Assembly (NCBI GenBank): GCA_051313645.2
Contig: JBNRSN020000008.1
Coordinates: 82,088,001-82,152,000, forward strand
Length of the DNA: 64,000 bases
Reading direction: 5' to 3'
From: Centroscyllium fabricii
Lineage: Eukaryota
Shown here: positions 36,043 through 50,183 of the stretch, piece by piece
Position numbering within the stretch: position 1 is the first letter of the stretch
How the letters are laid out: each line of letters opens with the position of its first letter
The notes under the pieces: model-generated
What the model saw: the letters and a program-made list of their open reading frames with translations, nothing else
The model's database searches: none
Told to the model about the DNA's origin: nothing
Translations under genes and position numbers: made by a program

Positions 36043-37414
36043 TCATGGCCTCAACGTGTGGCTGCATGCCAGCACCCACTGACTGCACTGCAGCACTAAG
36101 CATCTGCATGGCATCCGCCTCTGCTGCAGCGAAGTGCGCCAGACTCCTTGCCATTAACTCCATGGATTCAGGCAACCTTCCCACTGCACCCATGAGCTCC
36201 GTGTGCCTTTGCCCTGCTTTGGCGCTCATTTCAGCGAGGACCTGCTCCTCCTCTGCAGTCAGTGCAGCAGGAGTCGATGACCTACTCTCCCTCCGGGGAG
36301 AAAGGTCCCGAGTTTCCCTACCCCCATCGCTGCTGCAGCCTGTTGGGGCCTGGAGCATCCCCCTCATCAGACCATTCCTCCCTACTCCCCTCCAGGGAAG
36401 GCGTGTTCCCAGTGTGGGCATGGGCTTCCTCGGGAAAGGGTAGCGGTGATGCTCCGGCTTCCTCTTCCTCCTCACCTTCAGCTTCCCTCCCACTGGCAGC
36501 TTGAGGGCCCGTCTCCTCGCCTGCTGAATCACCATCTGAAAGCAGGGAGGTACAAGAGTGGCTTTAGCGTGAGGACAGAGTGGCAGCAAGGGAGCAATGA
36601 GTGCAGCCAAATAGTTATTTGGATGGGAAGTGACAAAGGCTGGTGTTGTGAGGAACAAGAGGAAGGAGAGAGGACAAGAAGGTGATGACCTCACCATTGC
36701 TTTCCAGAATGGGGTCGGCATCTCCAGTGCCGATGGGAACAGTCACCCGGCTTCCCAGGGCCACTGAACGCGTAGCTCCAGATTACTGAGGGGTTGGAGC
36801 TGAGGCCGCCCTCCACCCGTTTGTTGCTGCTGTCGCCTATTGTGCGACAGTTTGGCCTGGAAGAAAAAGGACGACGTCTGAGTAAAAATACAGCCATGGT
36901 CTTGCCTGATGTGCCTCCCATGGTTGAATAATGTACAGCAATGATGTAATCTGATGTGCCTCCCATGGTTGAATAGCCCTTCCAATGTACAGCAATGATG
37001 TTATCTGATGTGCCTCCCATGGTTGAGTAGCCCTTACTGCATGCAAAGTGTGGAATGTGCATGGATGTTTGATAAAAGGGCCACAGGTGCTCGATGAGTG
37101 TTGGGCATTGGCGTTCAAGACCCTCACGGCCATAGAGTGAGGTTGAGATGGAGAGATGTTGACAGAAAGCCGCTCACCCTGACTACCCTAGTGAGGTTGA
37201 TGAACTTTTTCCTACATTGGATGTGGGTCCTGGGCACCATGCTCCTAGAGGTAACGAGCTGAACCACCTCCCTCCACATTTTTCTGTATTCGCGTGGCAA
37301 AGGCCTCCTGCCACTCTCTGGAAACAGAATGGATCTTCTGGGCCCCACTGCACCAACCAGAACCTCCAAGGCCCGCCCGGTGAAGCGCTGCGCTCGCTCC
37401 CTGGCCCTCTCCAT
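36043..37414 (-). pseudogene. Harbinger Myb/SANT DNA-binding protein gene (exons about 37414-37178, 36877-36695, 36535-36043)
   Basis: MERARERAQRFTGRALEVLV...WREV...RTHIQCRKKFINL; GT-AG introns; about 55-60-bp tandem repeats in intron 1 near 36905-37030. Confidence 0.7.
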
Positions 37415-37949
37415 GGCTGAAAAGTCTAGTCACAGGTCTGTCCAGGCCGCGAATCAAGGCTCCAATGAGCAGGGTGTGGCTGGAGAGCGAGGTCGACCCT
37501 CCCCCTTTAAGAACTGGCCGGCGCCAGTGTGTCTGTTCAGTCGGTAACTGACAGCCCCGTGCTGTGAGGTCGCGCCTCAGTTCTCGGCCTCTGAGCCTTA
37601 GGACAGGTGTGTAGCGCCTGATTTAGCGCTGCAATCACCTCCAGGGGCGAGAAAACCCAAGTTTGCTGTTGGTGGCACTAATTTGCGCCAGGCACTAAAT
37701 TTAGCGCGGCGCCGACTATAGCGCCCCAAATGTGGCGATACCGAATTTTTCCCCCATAACTGTTCTGGGATGCCGCAAAGGTCAGGATCGGCCGAGTGAT
37801 CCTTGCAAATTGGAGGATAGAGGATCCCCTGCAATGAGGACAGACTAGCTAGTGCCAAGATGATCCATCCTCTCCTTTGGAGAATCCTCACTCCTTACCA
37901 CGGGCATGTCCATATGGCCCTCATACGCAAACACCCCCAGCTCTCTCTG

Positions 37950-40900
37950 TTATTTCACTCCTTTAAAACTCCCTTGATTAACTGCTTTGTTAACCTGTCC
38001 TGCCACCTTCAAAGATTTGTGCACAAGCACCCGAAGGTGTCCCTCTTCTTGCACCCCCTTTAAAATTAACATTTAGTGTGTATTGTCTCTCCTTATTCTT
38101 CCTACCAAAATGTATCACCTCTCTCTTTTCTGCATTGAATTTCATCTGCCATGTATCCACCCTGTGGTAAACCACTCTTCTATGTATTCTAAGTATATCT
38201 ATCCACTCTGTCTTGTACATATATGTATGTTTGTAATCGTACTATTCACCATGTTGTATCATAGTTCATTGTACACGATTACCTGGACATGCCCATGCTG
38301 GCTCCGCCTGCGACTCCTCCCTCCCTGGGCCAGGTACATAAGCGGCCGTCTCCCATCTCCCTGCCATTACTGGGGACGGTCGACTAGCTGGTGCATGTCC
38401 ACCTTTAGTGAATAAAAGCCGAATTGTTTTACCCTCTTAACTACTCGTCCATGAGGTCGTTATTTCGGTCACAATTTTATTCACTAAATTTGAAGATGGA
38501 CGCAATGCTCAAACCAGCAACGTTCAAGCTGGACCCCCGGACACCAGGTGCATCAAATACCTTTTCGCACTGGTTTGACTGTTTTGATGCGTTCATGAAG
38601 GCGAACGCAGCGGTCGTCAGGACCGAAGAAGACAAACGGCGGCTCCTCAACGCCCGGGTGGGCCCTCAGGTATACTCCATGATCGTAGATGCATCATCGT
38701 ACTCGGATGCAATCGGGATCCTCAAGGCGGAGTACAACCGGGTACCCAACATCGTCCACGCCAGACACCTCCTGGCTACCAGAAAACAGCAACCCGGTGA
38801 GTCCAGCGTGGAATTCCTACGCGCGCTGAGACTAATTTCCCGGGCCTGTGACTGTAAACAGCAATCGGCCAAGGTCCACGCAGACAATCTAATCAGGGAC
38901 GCATATGTGACGGGCCTCAGGTCGGACTATATTAGACAAAGGCTGTTAGAGCAGAATAGCCTTGACCTGCAGGCAACAGCGGACCTGGGCAACGCGCTTG
39001 ATGCGGCATCACTGAATTTATCTTCATATTCTGGAAACTACGCGGGCCCGGCCCGGACAAATTGGACATCGCCGGCGCCACGGCCGGCGGAAGAAATGAC
39101 TGCGGCCGCTCGCTCTAAGACGGCCAAATGTTACTTCTGCGGGCAGCCTCAGCATCCGAGACGGAGCTGCCCGGCAAGAGATGCGACCTGCTCGAAATGC
39201 GGCAAAAAGGGACACTATGCCAAAGTCTGCAGAGCAACTGCAGCACCGCAACCGAAACCGGGCAGCGCCGCGTGTGGGACGTGGGGGCAGCCATCTTGGT
39301 CACAGCCATCCTCAACACAGCCCACGCGTGGCAGCAGACGCCATCTTGGTCTCAGCCACTCCCTCCGCAGTACACCACATGGCGGCAGCCATCTTGGGAC
39401 CAGGCCCCAGACGACTACTCTACGGATCAAGACGACTCGACCGATCCGGTACTAGCTTCAGTCACCCTGGACCAAAACAAGACACAACCACTTGGGAAGT
39501 CGATGATGACGGTGGAAGTGAACGGACAAGACTTTGAGTGCCTCTTCGACAGCGGGAGCACGGTGAGTTTTGTCCACCCAGAAACAGTAAGGCGCCTCTC
39601 CCTTAAGGTTATGCCAGCGAGCCAAAAGATAGCCATGGCATCAAAATCAGAATCCGCGGACGTCTCCGGACATTGCGCGGTGGCTCTAACGGTACGGGGC
39701 GTGCACTTTAATAATTTTAAATTTTTCGTGCTGCCGCAGCTCTGCGCTCCATTATTATTGGGCCTGGACTTCCAGTGCCATCTCCAAAGCGTTACCATGG
39801 CATACGGTGGGCCCCTTCCCCCGCTCACGGTCTGCAACCGGCGCTCCTCGCAGCATCCACAGCACGCTACCTGTGGCCTCGCGACCCTTAAGGTTGCCCC
39901 TCCCTCGCTCTTTGCTAACCTCACCCGGAATGCAAGCCCGTCGCCACCAAAAGTAGGCGCTGCAGTACCGGGGACATGGACTTCATCAAGTCCGAGGTGA
40001 AGCGCCTCCTGAGGGAGGGGGTTATCGAGGCCAGTAACAGCCCCTGGAGGGCGCAGGTAGTGGTGGTGAAGACCGGAGCTAAGAACCGGATGGTAGTGGA
40101 CTATAGCCTGACCATTACCCGGTTCACCCAGTTGGACGCGTACCCCCTTCCCCGGATAGCGGACATGGTAAATCAGATCGCGCAGTTTCGGGTCTTCTCG
40201 ACCATCGATCTGAAGTCCGCGTATCACCAGCTCCCCATTCGCGCAGAGGACCGTCTCTATACTGCCTTCGAGGCTGACGGTTGCCTCTATCACTTCCTCA
40301 GGGTCCCGTTTGGCGTCACGAATGGGGTCTCAGTCTTCCAAAGGGAGATGGACCGAATGGTCGATCAGTACGGGCTGCGAGCCACTTTCCCGTATCTCGA
40401 TAATGTAACCATCTGCAGCCACGATCAGCAGGACCATGACGCCAACCTCCAGAAATTTCTCCACACCGCCAAAACACTCAACCTGACCTATAACACTGAA
40501 AAATGTGTGTTCAGGACCACCCGCCTCGCCATCCTCGGCAGTGTTGTGGAGAATGGGGTCATCGTTCCCGACCCGGACCGCATGCGCCCCCTCATGGAGC
40601 TCCCCCTCCCCCACTCCCTCAAGGCCCTCAAAAGGTGCCTGGGGTTCTTCGCCTATTATGCCCAGTGGGTCCCCTACGATACGGACAAATCTCGCCCACT
40701 ACTCAAATCAACCTCATTCCACCTGTCAGCAGATGCCCGCACGGCGTTCTGCGGCATTAAGGACGACATTGCGAAGGCAACGATGCATGCTTTGGATGAG
40801 TCCGTCCCGTTCCAGGTCGAGAGCAATGCATCGGACTTCGCCCTGGCCGCCACCCTTAACCAGGCGGGCAGACCCGTGGCCTTCTTCTCACGTACCCTCC

Positions 40901-43020
40901 AGGGCCCCGGGACCCGTCACTCCTCAGTTGAGAAGGAGGCCCAGGCCATTGTTGAAGCAGTGCGTCACTGGAAGCACTACCTGGCCGGCAAGCGATTTAC
41001 CCTGCTGACTGACCAACGCTCAGTCGCTTTTATGTTCAACAACAAAGAGCGGGGTAAAATCAAGAACGACAAGATATTAAGGTGGAGAATTGAGCTCTCC
41101 GCTTTCAATTATGATATCTTGTACCGGCCCGGGAAACTCAACGAACCCCCAGACGCCCTATCCTGCGGTACATGTGCCAGCGCACAAGTAGACCGTCTCC
41201 AAACCCTGCACAACGACCACTGCCACCCGGGGGTCACCAGGTTGTTTCACTTTGTGAAGTCCCGCAACCTTCCCTACTCCATCGAGGAGGTCAAGACCAT
41301 GACCAGCAAGTGCCAGGTCTGTGCGGAGTGAAAGCCGCACTTTTTTCGGCCAGACCGGGCGCATCTGATCAAGGCCACCCGCCCCTTTGAATGACTCGAC
41401 GTCGATTTTAAGGGGCCCCTTCCCTCGGCCAACAGGAACGTGTACTTCCTTACCGTCATTGATGAGTACTCCCGCTTCCCCTTTGCCATCCCCTGCCCGG
41501 ACATGACCTCTGCCACTGTCATCAAGGCCCTCCACAGTATTTTCTCCCTGTTCGGCTACCCCAGCTACATCCATAGCGACCGGGGGACCTCTTTCATGAG
41601 TGACGAGCTGCGTCAGTTCCTGCTAGCCAAAGGCATCGCTACTAGCAGGACTACCAGCTATAACCCCCGGGGGAATGGACAGGTAGAGAGGGAGAATGCC
41701 ATGGTCTGGAAGGCCATCCTGTTAGCCCTATGGTCTAAAGGCCTCCCAGTCTCCCGCTGGCAGGACGTCCTCCCCGAAGCGCTCCACTCCATCCGGTCAC
41801 TCCTTTGTACGGCCACTAATGCCACCCCTCACGAGCGACTTTTTGCCTTCCCCAGGAAGTCGGCTTCCGGGACCTCGCTGCCATCGTGGCTATCATCCCC
41901 GGGACCAGTCCTACTCCGGAAGCACGTGAGGGGCCACAAGGCAGACCCCCTGGTCGAACGGGTCCACCTCCTGCACGCCAATCCCCAGTACGCCTACGTG
42001 GCGTACCCCGACGGGAGGGAGGACACCGTGTCCATCGAGGACCTGGCACCAGCGGGGGCCCCCAAAACCCCCCCCGCCCAGCAGCCCGCACCCCCGCGCC
42101 CGCCAGCCACCCCACCCGGGCCACCGGCACCAAGGTACGCTCCCCGGCATGAGAATCAGGCACCACGGTACGTCCGCCCGGCACCTGTAGGCAGCACGGC
42201 ATGGCCTCCGGCATGGCTCCATAGTGCACGCCCCCTAGAGTCAGACGACGACGGGGAGAGCGCGCCGCCAACTGTCACCGCAAGGGCACCGACGAGGTAC
42301 CAACCGACTCAATCAGCTATCGTACGGCCACCGATATCCTCACCAGCGGTGCGATCAACACAACCGGCTACTTCACGTCCGCCAACACCACCAGCGGTGC
42401 GCTTTTCCACCAGGCTTACCAGGCCGCCTGAAAGACTAAATCTATAAATTAAAAGAACAGTCGCATTCACCCCGCCGGACTTTCGTTTTAAAGAAGGGGT
42501 GAATGTGGTAAACCACTCTTCTATGTATTATAAGTATATCTATCCACTCTGTCTTGTACATATATGTATGGTTGTAATCGTACTATTCACCATGTTGTAT
42601 CATAGTTCATTGTATACGATTACCTGGATATGCCCATGCTGGCTCCGCCTGCGACTCCTCCCTCCCGGGGCCAGGTACATAAGTGGCCGTCTCCCATCCC
42701 CCTGCCATTACTGGGGACGGTCGACTAGCTGGTGCATGTCCACCTTTAGTGAATAAAAGCTGAATTGTTTTACCCTCTTAACTACTCGTCCACGAGGTCG
42801 TTATTTCGGTCACACACCCACTCTACCAGCTTGTTTCTCTCCCCTTGAAAACTATTACTATCTTCCTCACTGTTTACTACACTTCCAAGTTTCGTGTCAT
42901 CTGCAAACTTCAAAATTGTGTCCTGTACCCCCAAGTCCAAGTCATTAATGTATATCCAAAACAGCAGTGGTCCTAGTACTGAACCCTGGAGAACGCCACT
43001 GTATACCTCCCTCCAGTCAT
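37950..43020 (-). mobile_element. CR1 RT fragment split by element A2 (pieces about 37950-38162 and 42815-43020)
   Basis: GVLQGSVLGPLLFWIYINDLD...KFADDTKL on one side, WQMKFNAEK..VIHFGRKN on the other. Confidence 0.8.
38163..42814 (+). mobile_element. Full-length Ty3/Gypsy LTR retrotransposon A2 (4652 bp), TSD CACCC
   Basis: 311-bp LTRs 38163-38473 and 42504-42814 (about 9 differences); gag-pol 38496-42447 with frameshifts near 39320 and 39925 and TGA stops at 41329 and 41392. Confidence 0.96.
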
Positions 43021-43021
43021 C

Positions 43022-46000
43022 AGAAGATAGAAACATAGAAGATAGGAGCAGGAGTAGGCCATTCGGCCCTTCGAGCCTGCTCCGCCATTCAATGAGATTG
43101 TGGTAACCGTTATATATGTACTCTTTTACCACCTCAATATTGTTGCCAATATTGCATTGCATGTATAGCGGCCGGGTACATAATATACTGTAATACACTG
43201 CCTTGTATTGCGACACTGTCGCGGGGTCAGGTCAGCCACACCTCTAACTCCTCCCCTCAGGTGAGTGCCTTATAGGTGGGGACTGACCTGCCCCCATTCA
43301 TTCTGTACCTGATGTTCGATCGGAGCGTAGCTCCTTTTGTAAGCTAATAAAAGCCTCTAGTTAAGGTAACTACTCGTCTTTGTTTTTATTAAGACTATTG
43401 ACGATACGTCAATTTTATTAGCTTAAAAATTTGAAATGGAGAGCGGCACTGTAAAACCCGAGAAGCTGGACATTAGTCCACAGGACCCAGCTGCCGCCAA
43501 AACCTTCGAACACTGGTTCGGCCTCGTTGAGGCCTACATGGACGCCGCCAAGGCTACAACGGATGCGAACAAATTACATGTTCTCCGGTCCAGGATCTCC
43601 AGCCGAGTCTTCTCCTACATCCGCGACGCTACGACCTACACCGCAGCCGTGGAGAAATTGAAGAAGTGCTACGAGCGCCCGGTACACTCTGTCTACGCCA
43701 GACATGTGCTCACGACCAGACCACAGCTATCAAGTGAGTCTAACGAGCAATTCCTGCTGGCGCTCCAAGCTCTCGTCTGGGCCTGTGACTGCCAACCACG
43801 GACGGCACAAGAGGAGGCAAACCTTCTCGTCCGGGACGCCTATGTAACCGGACTCAAGTCCGCAGAGGCCCGCCAGCGGCTGCTGGAAAAGGACACATTG
43901 ACTTTAGACGAGGCGATCTCCGTCTCCAACTCTGTGGAGGGCGCACGCCGCAAACTACAGGCTTACGGCGGCCCAAACCCACATGCTACTTTCGACTCCT
44001 GGGCAACCCCACAACGGGTCGAGACCCCCATGACGGCAGCGGCAGCTGCGAAGACGCCGGCGGGGAAGAGATGCTACTTCTGCGGACAGGGTCTACACCC
44101 ATGGGCGAAATGCCCCGCGAGGACCGCGACCTGCGAGAGGTGCTCAAAAAAGTGACACTACGCCAAGGCCTGCAAATCGGCCCCGGCGTCCAGCTCCAGG
44201 TACAACAGCGCGGCCTGCGAAAGCTCCAGCACGACGCCCTTGGCCTCAGGTAAGCGGCAGCTGCAGCGCGATTCAGCGACGGTCTGGGGGTAGAGTACAA
44301 GTGCCCCCGTCCCCCACCCTGATGCCCAGGGCACGCCAAACTCAGCCACGACCGGCTAGGTGCGACCCCCCAATGCCGGCATCCCGCCCAGCCCGCTGCG
44401 TGCGAATCACGGGCACCACCAACCCAACCACTGCGGCTCGCTGCATGCGAATCACGGGCACCGCCAACCCAGCCACCGTGGCTCGCTGCGTGCGAACCAC
44501 GGGCACCACCACCGCGACCCGCCACGTGCGACCCCCCGGCGCCGCCATCTTGTCTCCAGTGGCCAGGCACGTGCGACTCCCCAGCGCCGCCATCTTGTCT
44601 TCAGCGGCCAGCCATGTGCGAACCACGGGCGCCGCCATCTTGTGCACGGCCCCGGCCAACGGGGGGCCCACACACACACACTTCGGCCTCAGCCACCCTG
44701 AAGGTCGATCAGGCTAGGCCGCACACCCTATCGAACTCAATGATGGGGATTCTAGTTAACGGCCACGCCACTAACTGCCTGTTCGACACCGGAAGCACAG
44801 AGAGCTTCATCCACCCCGATACAGTGCAGCGCTACGGACTGCAGATCCTGCCCACGCGCTACCAAGTCTCCCTTGCTTCACAGTCCCACACCACGGACGT
44901 CACCGGCTACTGCCCCGTCACGCTCACAGTTAAGGGCTGTGTGTACCGTAATTTTAAATTGTACATACTCAGACAGATGTGCTCCCCAGTCTTACTCGGA
45001 CTGGATTTCCAGTGCCACCTTAAGAGCGTGACAATGGAGTTCGGCGGGACCCTGCCCCCCCCTCACCGAAAGCGGGGCCTGACCTGCGGCCTTTCCACCC
45101 TGAAAGTCGACCCCCCCTCACTGTTCGCCAACCTCGACCCCAAATGCAAGCCCATTGTTACCAAAAGTCGGCGTTACAGTGCAGGGGATCGGACATTTAT
45201 CAGGTCGGAGGTCGGGCGTATGCTGAAGGAGGGAATAATTGAAGCTAGCACCAGCCCCTGGCGGGCCCAGGTCGTAGTGGTTAAGACTGGCGAGAAACAG
45301 CAGATGGTGATCGACTACAGCCAGACCATTAACCGCTACACCGGGCTCGACGCCTACCCCCTTCCCCGCATCTCGGAAATGGTTAACCAGATCGCCCAGT
45401 ACAAGGTGTTCTCCACAATCGACCTTAAGTCGGCGTATCACCAACTCCCGATCCGGAAAGCCGACCGCCCGTACACCGCCTTCGAGGCGAACGGTCGGCT
45501 CTACCACTTCCTCCGGGTCCCCTTCGGCATGACCAACGGAGTGTCGGTATTCCAGAGGGAGATGGACCGCATGGTTGACCAGAATGGGTTGCAGGCCACC
45601 TTCCCCCACCTGGACAACGTGACCATCTGCGGCCATGACCAGCAGGACCACGATGCCAATCTGGCCAAATTCCTCCACACGGCGAAACGGCTTGATCTCA
45701 CGTACAATAAAGATAAGTGCGTCTTTAGTACAGATCGGCTCGCCATCCTCGGATACATGGTGGGAAAAAGGGGTCCTCGGCCCCGACCCACAGCGTATGC
45801 GCCCCCTGCAACAACTGCCCCTTCCTCACAAACCCAAGGCCCTGAAAAGATGTCTGGGATTTTTCTCTTATTACGCGCAACGGGTTCCCCAGTTCGCGGA
45901 TAAGGCCAGACCGCCCCTTAAGGCTACCGTCTTCCCCCTCTCAGTAGAAGCCCAAATGGCATTCGCCCGGATCAAGGAAGATATTATCAAGGCGACCATG

Positions 46001-48334
46001 CATGCCGTTGATGAGTCCATCCCTTTCCAGGTGGAGAGTGACGCTACGGACTTTGCCCTTGCTGCCACCCTGAATCAGGCAGGCAGGCCCGTAGCGTTTT
46101 TCTCCCGCACCCTACAGGGACCCGAAACTCGCCACTCTGCAGTGGAAAAGGAGGCCCAGGCCATCGTGGAGGCCGTGCGCTATTGGCGTCATTACCTGGC
46201 CGGTAAGCGTTTTACCCTGCTCACCGACCAACGGTCGGTCGCGTTTATGTTTAATAATAAACAACGTGGTAAAATCAAGAATGATAAGATCCTGCGGTGG
46301 CGGATCGAGCTCTCGACTTACGAGTATGACATTCTTTACCGACCAGGCAAACTCAATGAACCCCCGGACGCACTGTCCAGGGGAACGTGCGCAAGTGCCC
46401 AGCTAGACCGGCTGAAGGAACTCCACGATCGCCTCTGCCACCCGGGTGTCACCAGACTTGCTCATTTCGTTAAATCTCGTAGCCTCCCCTACTCCATCAC
46501 GAAGATCAAGGCTATGACCCGAGAGTGCCCTGTTTGCGCCGAGTGCAAACCCCAATTTTTCCGGCCAGACACGGCGCACCTCATTAAGGCCACCCGCCCC
46601 TTTGAACGTCTAAGCGTGGACTTCAAAGGCCCCCTCCCCTCCACCGACCGCAACTCATACTTCCTCACGGTCGGAGACGAGTTCTCCCGCTTCCCCTTCG
46701 CCTTCCCCTGCCCAGATATGACGAGCGCAACGGTGATCAAACACTTCACCACGCTGTTCGCCATTTTCGGTCTCCCCAGCTACATCCATAGCGACCGGGG
46801 GTCGTCGTTCATGAGCGACGAACTGCGTCAGTTTCTGCTCCAGAAAAGGGTTGCCTCGAACAGAATGACCAGTTACAACCCCCGGGTGAACGGCCAGGTA
46901 GAAAGGGAGAACAGGATCATCTGGAAGGCGGTCAGCCTGGCCCTGAAGTCCAGAGGCCTTCCAGTGTCCCGTTGGCAGGCAGTCCTCCCAGACGCGCTGC
47001 ACTCGATCCGCTCTCTGTTGTGTACGGCTACCAACGCCACACCTCATGATTTACTTTTTTCCTTCCCCAGGAAGTCGACTTCAGGGACAGCCCTCCCACC
47101 ATGGCTGATGATGCCGGGGCCGGTCTTGCTTAGAAAGCACGTCCGCGGCCATAAGACCGACCCCCTGGTAGACAAGGTGCAGCTGCTGCACGCCAACCCG
47201 CAGTACGCGTACGTGCAGTTCCCGGACGGGCGCGAGGACACCGTCTCCATCAGGGACCTAGCGCCCGCCGGGAGCACCGCAGCAGAGCCCTTGGCCGGGC
47301 CCCAGTACGCCCAGCCACTACATTTCGGCCACCTCCAGCCACTACATCTCGACCACTGGCCGACGCATCACCCGCAACCCACCAGAGGCTGGCCGCTACT
47401 ACCGTACGCACCACAGCCCCCGCTATTGCCAGCTGAGGACCAGGAAGCAGACGACCAGCCGCAGGCACAGCAGCAACCACAGGGTTCGGCCCCACCGCCA
47501 TCACCAGCACCTACAGCGCCGGCACCAGCGCCGCCGCCACCACCGACACCAGTGCCGACACTGCCAGCACCTGAACCGTTAACAGAGACCCGGCGGTCCT
47601 CCAGACAGACGCGGCCGCTGGATAAACACATCCTGAACTGCTCGGTCCATTCACCCCGCCGGACTTAATTTTCAAAGAAGGGGTGAATGTGGTAACCGTT
47701 ATATATGTATTCTTTTACCACCTCAATATTGTTGCCAATATTGCATTGCATGTATAGCGGCCGGGTACATAATATACTGTAATACACTGCCTTGTATTGC
47801 GACACTGTCGCGGGGTCAGGTCAGCCACACCTCTAACTCCTCCCCTCAGTTGAGTGCCTTATAGGTGGGGACTGACCTGCCCCCATTCATTCTGTACCTG
47901 ATGTTCGATCGGAGCGTAGCTCCTTTGTAAGCTAATAAAAGCCTCTAGTTAAGGTAACTACTCGTCTTTGGTTTTATTAAGACTATTGACGATACGTCAG
48001 AGATCATGGCTGATCATCCAAACCCAGTACCCTGTCCCTGCCTTGTCCCCATATCCCTTGATCCCTATCGAGCCTGCACTGACACATATCCCACCCTATC
48101 CCCGTAACCCCACATATTCAATCACCCTAACACTAAGGGTCAATTTATTCTGGCGAATCAACCTAACCCGCACATCTTTGGACTGTGGGAGGAAACCGGA
48201 GCACCCGGAGGAAACCCACGCAGACACGGGGAGAATGTGCAAACTCCACACAGATAGTACCCGAGGCCGGATTTGAACCTGGGTCTCTAGTGCTGTAAGG
48301 CAACAGTGCTAACCACTATGCCACCGTGCCGCCC
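43022..48334 (-). mobile_element. V-SINE split by element B2 (pieces about 43022-43098 and 48000-48334)
   Basis: ...CCATTCAATGAGAT | GAGATCATGGCTGATC... rejoins to the intact SINE sequence. Confidence 0.88.
43099..47999 (+). mobile_element. Full-length Ty3/Gypsy LTR retrotransposon B2 (4901 bp), TSD GAGAT
   Basis: LTRs 43099-43411 and 47688-47999 (about 4 differences); gag ATG 43436; several frameshifts or stops; PR-RT-RH-IN recognisable. Confidence 0.96.
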
Positions 48335-49124
48335 TATTGCACATTATTTTAAAAAGTTTCATTTGTAATACATAAAGTACCCAGTTTTATGTATCTAGTA
48401 TTCTGTACATCATGAATTAAGTTATCTTGAAAAGAGAGATTAAGAACTTCATGCAGCTTTTAGGCAATTTCAATTCCTCACACCACAATTTTGACAGTGG
48501 ATTATTGTTCATGATTTAATTCTCAGAAAGGTAACATATTACATCGAAAGTGTCTTTGAGCAAATTTGAATAGATTTCAATGAGAATGTTTACTACTTAT
48601 TGTTGATTATATTAGGCAATAAAATTACAGTAATATGGTTCACTGCATATTAGCACAAAAAGAAATGCTGGAAACATGGAGCAGTTTAGGCTTAAGGTAA
48701 AAAATGTCTTTTGTTTGGAGAACAAAATTAAAATGAGACCCTTGAATTTATAAACTCAAAGAAACTACAGAGAAAAGAAAGTTCTACCTTTCAGTGCTGA
48801 AGGACTGTTGAAATTGCTGTTCATAATGGATTATCTGTGCTCATCATGATAGCTCCAGAATGAACTCTGATCTGCTGTCTGTTAAACACATGCCAAATAT
48901 TTCCAAATACTTCCACATTGCCTTCTTTCTTCAATACTTGGCATTACAGACCGAAGCTGAAGTTCGGGAAGTGTGTCCAACATTGGCAATATTTTCTGTA
49001 AGAAGCAAGGAATATTAAGTAACAGATTGCAGCTACAGCAAGAATTTGAACACATAGACAGATCAATTTAAAATATCTCAACTGTAGCTTTCCTGTTGAA
49101 TTGCATTTACAGTTATCAATTATT

Positions 49125-49837
49125 GGGCCAGAAATTGCAGTCTGCGCATATTGGGTTTAAGCTCTGGTGCGAGTGCACCAGAGCTTAAACCCGCAGGAAG
49201 CAGCCGGTAGCGCAGCTTCGGGTTTTCCTATGCCGCCCAGCAGGAGCGTCTAGTCATTCCGATATTTTTTTAAAGTTTTTCTACGGACCAAGACCAGGAT
49301 TTTCTACGCTGGGAAAAAACAGTCGTAAGTAGCCGTTTTTATCTGGTAAGTGTGTATTTTATTGATTTTAATTGTTGTTTTTTCAGGTTTTTAATTGTTG
49401 ATAACTTTAAAGACAGGTAAGTTTTTTTTAGATCTGTTGGAAGTTGAAACATTTTTCTGCAAATTTTTATTTTTTCTTTAAAATAGGTTATTTGTGTTAG
49501 TTGGGGTAATGTTAAAAAATGTGGTGTTTGTAATTTTTAATTTTTGTGTTTAGATGTCTTTTGGGCAATCTCTCCTTTCAAAACTGGCACAGATTTCTCA
49601 GTGGAAGTTTTGAATGGAGAATTGGTTCCACTGATTGGCTCCCTGCCAATCAGGTGGTCTTAAAAGCCATCTCGCACTAATTACGCCCTTCAGATGCCCA
49701 TGAAGCTCGCACGGAGCTCTGACAGGCTGGGCTAACGGGAATTTCGGAGTGCAAAAAAGCAAAACTGAATATGGGCAATTCAAGTGCGTTAAGCAGGTAC
49801 TGCACCCGCACGAAGGCTCCACTGCAATTTCTGGGCC
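49125..49837. mobile_element. Harbinger-type MITE
   Basis: TIRs GGGCCAGAAATTGCAGT / ACTGCAATTTCTGGGCC; flanks ATT and AAT. Confidence 0.7.
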
Positions 49838-50183
49838 AATGTCTCAAGAATTGTCTTAATGCGCTTTGAAATGACTGGAGTGGCTATTTATTGCTGTAGT
49901 TTGAATTTCTGGTGCTTTCAAAGGAGGATTAATTGATATTGTAGGAAAACATTGTAAATATTTGTGGTGTGGCAGATATAGTGATTCCTAGTGCAGCACA
50001 AGCTTACCTCAGCAATAATGCATTTTCAGGAATGGAACCTACCTAATATGTTCCCTTTTTAGATGAGTGTTTCTGTTAACTATAATTTAGAATTGATCTA
50101 GGAGTGTAATTTTTCCAGTGATCCGCTGGCCATTTCAGATGTTTTATAAAGTTATAACGATTCCCTCTGGGCAGAACAAGACG

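Larger units (their letters stand above)
35007..37755. mobile_element. PIF/Harbinger DNA transposon, internally deleted
   Basis: TIRs GGGGGAGAAATTC / GAATTTTTCCCCC; convergent transposase (+) and Myb/SANT (-) genes. Confidence 0.85.
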
